A stretch of DNA of 64,000 nt from Macrostomum hystrix (lineage: Eukaryota > Animalia > Platyhelminthes), in assembly GCA_950097015.1 (NCBI GenBank), contig CATNEN010000002.1:6572001-6636000 (forward strand), written 5' to 3'. Below are positions 51,101 to 60,100 of the stretch, piece by piece. A program made the translations under genes and the position numbers. The notes beneath the pieces were generated by a model. That model ran no database searches and was not told where the DNA came from. It saw nothing but the letters and a program-made list of their open reading frames with translations. Within the stretch, counting starts at the first letter, position 1; each line of letters begins with the position of its first letter.

Positions 51101-54100
51101 CTTGCAAATGGACAAAATGTTCTGGTTCAGTTGATAATTAAAACCCGAACTTTAAGGCGTGCTCTAACCTGTAGGCTAGAAACTAAACAAAAGCTGAAAG
51201 AAAATGAAGGTAATATATGGTCTGATAAAAAACGTGGAGCATTTGCTAATAGCCTGGCTAGTCAGAATAGAAAAAGAAACTCTCATACCTTGCACTTTAA
51301 CCGAATACCTCTGTTGCTGACGAAAATTATTCAATTAAATAGCCAATTATTCAGCTCTTGCATCTTACCTCTTACCTGACAATCTCATACCGAATACTCC
51401 GGCTGTCAGGCTAGGGGAGACGACAGTCTGTCTCATCGACGGAGCAGAAGCAACCGATGAGGTTGGGTTGGAGGCTGGCTAGCCGAGGCTCATTTGTCAA
51501 CTTGCTATTATTCTGTGTTTTTTCTCTCCAGCGCAATCTATAAAATGGGTTGCTCAGGGGCCAAGCGAAAATTTTAAGCTTCCATAATTTCGGTTTTATT
51601 TGAAAGTTACTCTGTCCGCTAATATGCACACGTCTACAACCTGTCTACTGATGCCGCCGCTGCTGCTGCTGCTGCTGTTGCTTCCAGCTGTTCAACCAGC
51701 TCCCCTATTCGACTACGAGACCAATGACCCTTCCAAGTGGCCCACCATGTTTAAAAAGTGGTGCGGCGGTCGCACCCAGTCACCCATCAAGCTGGAGATC
51801 GGAGCGTCAACCTACGATACGGACATGCCGGCCTACACCATCACGGAGGACAGTCTGGCTGGAGTGAAGTACATGGCCTTCAACGATGGTCACAAGATCT
51901 CCATCGCGTTCGCGCCCACAGCACCTAACGTCTCGGTGCCCGGACATCCGGGCAGCTGCTTTCGACCACATTCGATCCACTGGCACTGGGGCGCTAGCGA
52001 TGCTCAGGGCGCCGAGCACTGGATCGAAGGCAAACAATTCCCTCTTGAAGGCCACGTTGTCATGTGGAACTGCCAGTTCTACTCCAGCTTCAGTGACGCC
52101 CTGGACGGCTTTGGAGGTCTGGCAGTTTTGGGAACTGCCTATGAAGTTGACAGCTCGGTGACCTCCTACGGCTCCGGCCTCGCAAACCTCGTGTCGATGC
52201 TGGCCACCGAACCTCGACTGCAGCAGTGCGCCGACTGCAAGAACGAGAGCTTCGTGCCGCCGATGGTTCCGATGAACGCTTTTCCGATTGTCGACCTTCT
52301 GCCGTCCGACCGGTCACAGTACTACCTGTACAGCGGTTCCTTGACAACGCCCGACTGTCGCGAGAATGTCATGTGGACCGTGTACCGTCAGTCCGTGAAG
52401 ATTCCACCGTCGGTGCTCGCCACGCTGCGCAGCTTGAAGTACCCGGACGGCTCCGCCATGGTGAGCAACTTCCGACCGCCTGTGCCGCTGAATCCGGCAG
52501 ATCCGTTCGGAGCGCGCCGAGTGGTAGTCCGGTCCTTCAACACTGGAGGCTCAGTCTTGCTGCCCAGCGCTGCCAGCTGGCTGCGGGCGAACTCCTGGAA
52601 CAGCTGGGCACTGAGCCTGGCTACCGTGATTGCTCTGAGCTTGGGTGCCGATCGTTAATCCACCTGACTTCCAATGAAAGATTGACAAGATTGAATGATA
52701 AGACGCTTCGCCAGTTAAATTGTTAAACTTCTATTCATGTTGGACTTTCTGAACACATTTTTGAGGGCCGAATTAGTTTTTCAGCTTGTAGTTAGAGTTT
52801 AGTGTTCCTCTCTTACAAGTAGGCTTTTTATATACCGGAATTTCTGAACTTTTTTATCCGAAAAATATCTGTTTTATGAGCACATGTTGAGCCCTTTGTA
52901 TTGAATTCCTAGTTGAACTTGTTACTCTTGTTAACAGGCATTCGCTCTGCTCTTTATCAGACAAATTCATGTAAACATGAAAAGTATTTTCAAACAGTTT
53001 TAGCCGTCAAAATCGTCCTGAAAAAATACAAAAGCCTAATAAAATCCAACATGTTTTGTTTTCTTCTCTGCCTTAGTCACATTACTCAGCAACAGCTAAA
53101 CCCCCCCAACTCACGCTGTCACACGGGCACAGAAGTTAAGCAATGTCTTTAATTCTAGTCTCAGTATCGTGTGTAGGAATCACGAGCATGCAAAAGTGCC
53201 GTGACTCGTCGTGGCATCCTGATCACCAGCCGGTTGATGAACTCTTGGGGCAGCTGCTGCCAGGCATTCAGCACCGCCAGTCGCAACTGTTCAGCATTCT
53301 GTGGGGCATCCTGCTGAACTCTTCGCTTTACAAAGTCCCAGACATGCTCGATGGGGTTCATGTCTGGAGACTTTGACGGCCAGTTCAATGTGCGAAATGC
53401 CGAGCTGCTCCTTCAGCAGCTGCACGTGTGCTGCTCGATGTGGCGCAGCGTTGTCGTCTTGAAGCATGCAGTTCTGCGGCCCGCCAAAGGTTTTCGTAGC
53501 AAATGGCAGAAACTGCTGCTGTAGCAGCTCTGCATAGGTTAGCCCAGTTACATTCTGCTCCAGACATCCTTCACACAGGCGGCAGCCTTCACACATTTCT
53601 GAGTCACCGATGGCATACAAAACTTTTGGGCCGTGTGACAGCAGGAGTTGGGGGGTTTAGCTGTTGCTGAGTATATTAGTGCCTAGCTCTTGGCATATCA
53701 TTACTTACTCGCAGTTCAGCAAATGAAGTCAAGTATTGTTTTTTAAGCTCTGACTTTAGTGTTTTCTCCGAGCAGAACTGTTGTCAGCTGCACTAAAATG
53801 GAGCGAGAACAAGAACGATGGCGTCATTGTTATTAGTTAAACCGACGATAGTTTGAGCATAAAGCACAACTCAACGGTTTAGAATGTCGGTCTAAAATGT
53901 TTATGCACATGAATGAATTCATTTCTCGTATTTTTCAGATCTAGTCAATAATCATTTAATCATGCTTCATAGTCGCAATTTGTAGAGTAAGAAACCCACC
54001 AGGTAAATAGCTGTCGCTTAATTGTACGCAGCGGCCACCTGTTTCTAACATTGTACGCGTGATCAACTATAATGCGACCCACAGTGTGTCGCCAAATGTA

Positions 54101-57100
54101 CTCTTGAAGTGTATTGCGCAACGTTTGCACTTTTGATTCTAGATAATAAATAGCAGTTTAACTAGGTCTTGCAAGACTAAGCCTTTTCTCTCAAATAAAA
54201 CCAACTCGTATGAGACGTCGATTTTAATGAGCTTATACTCTGTTTAAAGTCTTCGTGACTGCGAAAAACTCCGACTCGCAGTTACAAATATTCACTCGCG
54301 AAGGATCACATTGCACATGAGAGTGGGGTGGGCATACTGCCGCAGGTCATCTGACATGTTAGTTGAGCATACTATAAAAGGGGCAACACACTGGCATTGC
54401 TCAGACCGACATTCAATCGCTCTGCTAAGTCACTTTGAAGCCGCCGAGAGATAAGATGCTCACTATCGTAACTTACCTGCTGTCGCCACTGCTGCTGCTG
54501 CTGTTGCGGCTTCCAGCAGCTCAGCTAGCTCCCGCCTACGACTACTACGAGACCAACAATCCGTCTAAATGGGCCAGTGTTTACAAGCACTGCGGTGGTC
54601 GCTACCAATCTCCTATTAAGCTGGATTTGAGCAGGTCAAGCTACGACACGGACATGCCGGCCTACACCATCACGGAGGACAGTCTGGCCGGTGTGAAGTA
54701 CATGGCCTTCAACGATGGTCACAAGATCTCCATCGCGTTCGCGCCCACAGCACCGAACGTCTCGGTGCCCGGACATCCGGGCAGCTGCTTTCGACCACAT
54801 TCGGTCCACTGGCACTGGGGCGCTAGCGATGCTCATGGCGCCGAGCACTGGATCGAAGGCAAACAATTCCCTCTTGAGGGCCACGTTGTCATGTGGAACT
54901 GCCAGTTCTACTCCAGCTTCAGTGACGCCCTGGACGGCTTTGGAGGTCTGGCAGTTTTGGGAACTGCCTATGAAGTTGACAGCTCGGTGACCTCCTACGG
55001 CTCCGGCCTCGCAAACCTCGTGTCGATGCTGGCCACCGAACCTCGACTGCAGCAGTGCGCCGACTGCAAGAACGAGAGCTTCGTGCCGCCGATGGTTCCG
55101 ATGAACGCTTTTCCGATTGTCGACCTTCTGCCGTCCGACCGGTCACAGTACTACCTGTACAGCGGCTCCCTGACAACGCCCGACTGTCGCGAGAATGTCA
55201 TGTGGACCGTGTACCGTCAGTCCGTGAAGATTCCACCGTCGGTGCTCGCCACTCTGCGCAGCTTGAAGTACCCGGACGGCTCCGCCATGGTAAGCAACTT
55301 CCGACCGCCTGTGCCGCTGAATCCGGCAGATCCGTTCGGAGCGCGCCGAGTGGTAGTCCGGTCCTTCAGAGGCTCTTCATAACTCTCTTTTGAGTCATGT
55401 TCAGTCAGCGGTGTGGTTATGCTTTTAATGTTCTCATTTCTGGACTGACCTTTTCTGTGTCCGTTTGTGAATTTTTAGTTTTAAGAAATAATTTGTGCGA
55501 TTAACCTATTTTTATATCTCGACATTAATGATTGCTGTTGTGACACTGTGAAATGCAAACAATATTTCTAGCCTACGAACAGACTGTGGTATAATATTTA
55601 AAAATACGAATCTGATTTAGTTTTAAGTGCGTCGCAATTTTTAACGCATAAAAAATACAGACGAATATTTACTTTCGAAAATCGAAACGTAATTTTTCTT
55701 GTTCTTCTTGCTTGTACTTCAGTAAAACATCGACAGCGAAAAGCGTTGGTTTTTGTGCTACTTATGCACGTATTTACATTTTGTTGAGCTATCGGCACCA
55801 TGGTTGAATATCTAGACGATGCCAATGTTTGTTTTGTGATTCTGGAAGTTGTTTCATCGGATGTCATGCCTTTTGTTTAGATACTTTTGGGAATTGCTGA
55901 GAAAAGGTGTGTATATGAAATACTCCTCGTGGGGTTTCTAGTGTAAAAAGTCACCATATAAAATTCCAACAGCACAACTAGTCTCAGTTAAACCTCTCAC
56001 TTTTATTGAACCATGTAGTTTATTTTTTCGACGTGATTTAATTAAAAACTTTACGATTGCGTCACTCAATTCATTCAAATCGCCGCCAGTTTGAGCCTGT
56101 CGCGCCAATACCGCGCCAAGCTGGACTCGCTGCAGTTGAAACGCCTCGAAGTGGACAGACTAATGGCCGACTACGAGAAGCGTCTGCGACTGAAGCGCGA
56201 ACAAGAGGAGGCGCTGCTGAGGGAGCTGAGAGAGCTCGGCGACGACCTGGGCATGGAGGCCATCAAGGCCAGGGAACTGAGCCTGAAGCAGCTGCGGCAG
56301 CGACAGCTAGGCGAACGCGAGAAGGTCGATCACGATCGCCAGGAGGAGATGAGCGTCGAGGAGCAGCTGACGTGAGTGGCAGCGGTTGACTCGTGTATAG
56401 TTTGACCCATAGACAGTTTTACCCATTTTACCCAAACAACTTACCAAAAGATATAGACAGTTTTACCTAAAGGCAGTTTAACTTAAAGACAATTTAACCC
56501 ATAGACAGTTTGACTCATACACAGTTTTACTCATAGACAGTTTTAAAAGCAGAGAGTTCTACCCATAGACAGTTTGACCCATCTGTAGTTGAACCCACAG
56601 ACTGTTGGACTTTACTATTTGGAATTTTACTCATGGTTTTTACTACTATTCTTGTAAGTCTCAGATACAGCGTGAACCTGAGCCACTTTTGGAATAGGCT
56701 ATTGATGATAGGCAGTGTTGTGTGCATAATCAAGCATATAATTTCACGTGTTAAGCCCAGTGCCGTTAGTGTGAGAACGATTCTTCCGGAAGAAAATAAA
56801 GTCTGCAATTTCCTGTCCGCCGCCAAACCCCTGAGAGCGTCACGCCCCCAGTTAATAACTACCATTTTATTTAAAACTAATTTTTTGTCGCACAGCAGCC
56901 GGCGCCGAGAGAAAAAAATGCGCTTTAGTTTGATTGTCTGTGGAGCAGACAGAATAAAAGCGGCTATAGAACTCAGTATCACTAGACCGATTCTCTTGCT
57001 TACAATGGCTCACAATGGACTGTAGCTCTTGAGGCAAAAATGCTAATTTCAGATGCAACGATTCAATCCTAGAAAATGAAAATGCTCTTAGAGCAGACTT

Positions 57101-60100
57101 TGTCTTCTGTAAATAAATTACTCGTATAATTGCACTTGTTTGCGCCAAACCTGAGTACTTAAAAATGCTATCGCTGCACTCGCCGTACTGTAAGCGAACT
57201 TGAGAGAAGTCTAAAGGACTCGCTAAGAAATTCAAAAGTTTAAAGAACGCAAACCGAATATTAGTCTCTATAGTGCCAAACGAACTTTCGGCTACTTTAA
57301 ACGCGATTCAATGAATTAAGAGTGAATGGGATGGATCACTCACTCACTCACTCACTCACTCACTCACTCACTCACTCACTCACTCACTCACTCACTCACT
57401 CACTCACTCACTCACTCACTCACTCACTCACTCACTCTCACTCACTCTCACTCACTCACTCACTCACTCACTCACTCACTCACTCACTCACACTCACTCA
57501 CTCACTCACTCACTCTCACTCTCACTCACTCACTCACTCACTCACTCACTCACTCACTCACTCACTCTCACTCTCACTCACTCACTCACTCACTCACTCA
57601 CTCACTCACTCACTCACTCACTCTCACTCTCACTCACTCACTCACTCACTCTCACTCTCACTCACTCACTCACTCACTCACTCACTCTCACTCTCACTCA
57701 CTCACTCACTCACTCTCACTCTCACTCACTCACTCACTCACTCACTCTCACTCTCACTCACTCACTCACTCACTCACTCACTCACTCTCACTCTCACTCA
57801 CTCACTCACTCACTCACTCACTCACTCACTCTCACTCTCACTCACTCACTCACTCACTCACTCTCACTCACTCACTCACTCACTCACTCACTCTCACTCT
57901 CACTCACTCACTCACTCACTCACTCACTCACTCACTCACTCACTCACTCACTCACTCACTCACTCACTCACTCACTCACTCACTCACTCACTCACTCACT
58001 CACTCACTCACTCACTCACTCACTCACTCACTCACTCACTCACTCACTCACTCACTCACTCACTCACTCTCACTCTCACTCACTCACTCACTCACTCACT
58101 CTCACTCACTCACTCACTCACTCACTCACTCTCACTCTCACTCACTCACTCACTCACTCACTCACTCACTCACTCACTCACTCACTCACTCACTCACTCA
58201 CTCACTCACTCACTCACTCACTCACTCACTCACTCACTCACTCACTCACTCACTCACTCACTCACTCACTCACTCACTCACTCACTCACTCACTCTCACT
58301 CTCACTCACTCACTCACTCACTCACTCACTCACTCACTCACTCACTCAGGCACGGCTCTGAGGACCAGAAGAACTCGGTGCTGCGGCAGCGCCGGCTCTC
58401 AGCCGAGCTGGCCAACCGCAATGAGCGGCTGGACGCAAAGAAGCGCGAGGACGAGCGCGCGCTGATCGACACGCGCACCGCTCTTGACAATGAGACTCGT
58501 CGGCAGTGCCAGCTTGACGGCGAGCTCCGCCAGGCCGATACGGACAGGCGTCGTGCTGGCGCGGAGCATCGCATCGACGAGGCCCGTCAGCGGCGTCGCC
58601 TGCTGGCCAGGGAGCAGATGTCCGAGCGGCGGGAGCGGACAGAAGAGAGCGAGGCCGCCTACGCTGCGAAGGCGCAGCAGCGGCTGGCTGCGGCCCAGAG
58701 GGCGGAGCACGACGAAGCGCTGAGACACTTTCAGGTGAGGCCTGGGCCAAGTGATTAATTTACGAGCTATTATTGAACCAATATAGACAATTTTTCAGCG
58801 AAAAAAATCGCAAAATATCTCGACGATGCTGACGTCGGACGGTTTTGAAAGTTGGTTCATCGTAAAGAACGGAAAATTTCAATCCATCCGGTGAACTTTC
58901 ACGAGAATCGGTCGCTCGGTTTGGGAGCTATCATGAAGTCGGCAGTGGATTTTGAAATACCCCATTGGTCTCTATAGAGTCCTTACTGTTAATGATGAAG
59001 CAAGTCACTTCTTCCCTCTATCTTTTCCCGCTTTCCTGAAAAATCTGAGGTAGAATAATTAGTAGATGCGGCGCTCCCACAAAAATAAATGTCTGAGGTG
59101 TTCTTAGCTCAACTTAAAAACCAGCCGATATGTATCGAAAAAAATGCGAAACTTGTCGACCGTTCTTTAGCGCGTGGTGTCCAAGCTGGAGGACGAGGAG
59201 GCTGCTCTGTACCAGCGAGTCCGCTCCGCCGAGGCCAGCCGTCAGGACGAGGAGCAACGAGTTCGCCGACTGCTGGCCCGGCTGCGGCGCGCCCGCGGCC
59301 AGGGAGCCGCCGAGTCGCTGGAGCGTCTGGCGGCGGACAATCGGGAGGCTCGCCGCCTAGAAGAGGAACTGCTGCGGCACCGCTCGCGTCTCGAGTCGGT
59401 GAGTGACGTTCGGGTGAAAAGCCAAAGAGTTTCCGGGTTTTGTCGTGAATTTTTGCAATTCATTTTCGGAAGAACATCGATTCAAACAAAATTGGATACC
59501 TCTTTTGAGGTACTGGGATTCGAAATAGTATAATTAAAAAAGCAGACCAAACACAAAACTAAAAAGTGAAGAAAAAACGTACAGTTTGTACTACAAATAC
59601 TGAACTAAAGCAAGAAATTAAATAACAAAACAGTAATAGTACAAACTAAGTAATTATAGAAACGAAATTAAAGTTATACTATATTTGAATAGCTATAATT
59701 GTGCTATAAGAATTGGTCTATTATGCAGGCACTGAGATAGAGGGTCTGCACAATAGACCCTCTCATAAAAAAGACAGAAATATTATGTCTAGTAAATAAA
59801 ATAAACAGTTATTACACATAGCGTTTTAACCACGAACAAAAAACTTATCCAAAAATATTTTTTAAACGTTTTTTGCACACAATGAGATCAGCATTCTAAG
59901 AAAAATATAGTTTTTTGTAAATCTTATAAATTTATCTCGTAAAAAACACGCTTTTAAAATGCTTTATTCGGAAAAATATTTAAAGTTGTAAGATATGTGA
60001 CAGAAATGACCATTGACCTACGATTTCATATTCTGCGTAAATAATATTTTTTTGAATTTATCCGACAAATCGTTTTACTGCTTTGTTTTAATTTTGTTTT

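Noticed and set aside
49709-51115. SHMSYL-repeat ORFs
   Set aside because: 16-bp minisatellite translations.
44618-55393. Alternative-frame and antisense ORFs conserved across the three CA copies
   Set aside because: Conservation follows from DNA identity of the paralogues, and GC-rich codons suppress stops.
57322-58349. 478-aa and 379-aa ORFs (THSL repeats)
   Set aside because: Translation of the (TCAC)n microsatellite. Only 58350-58734 is a real exon.
58780-58980. Helentron/DINE-like non-autonomous remnant
   Set aside because: Resemblance from memory only. No termini or second copy in the window.
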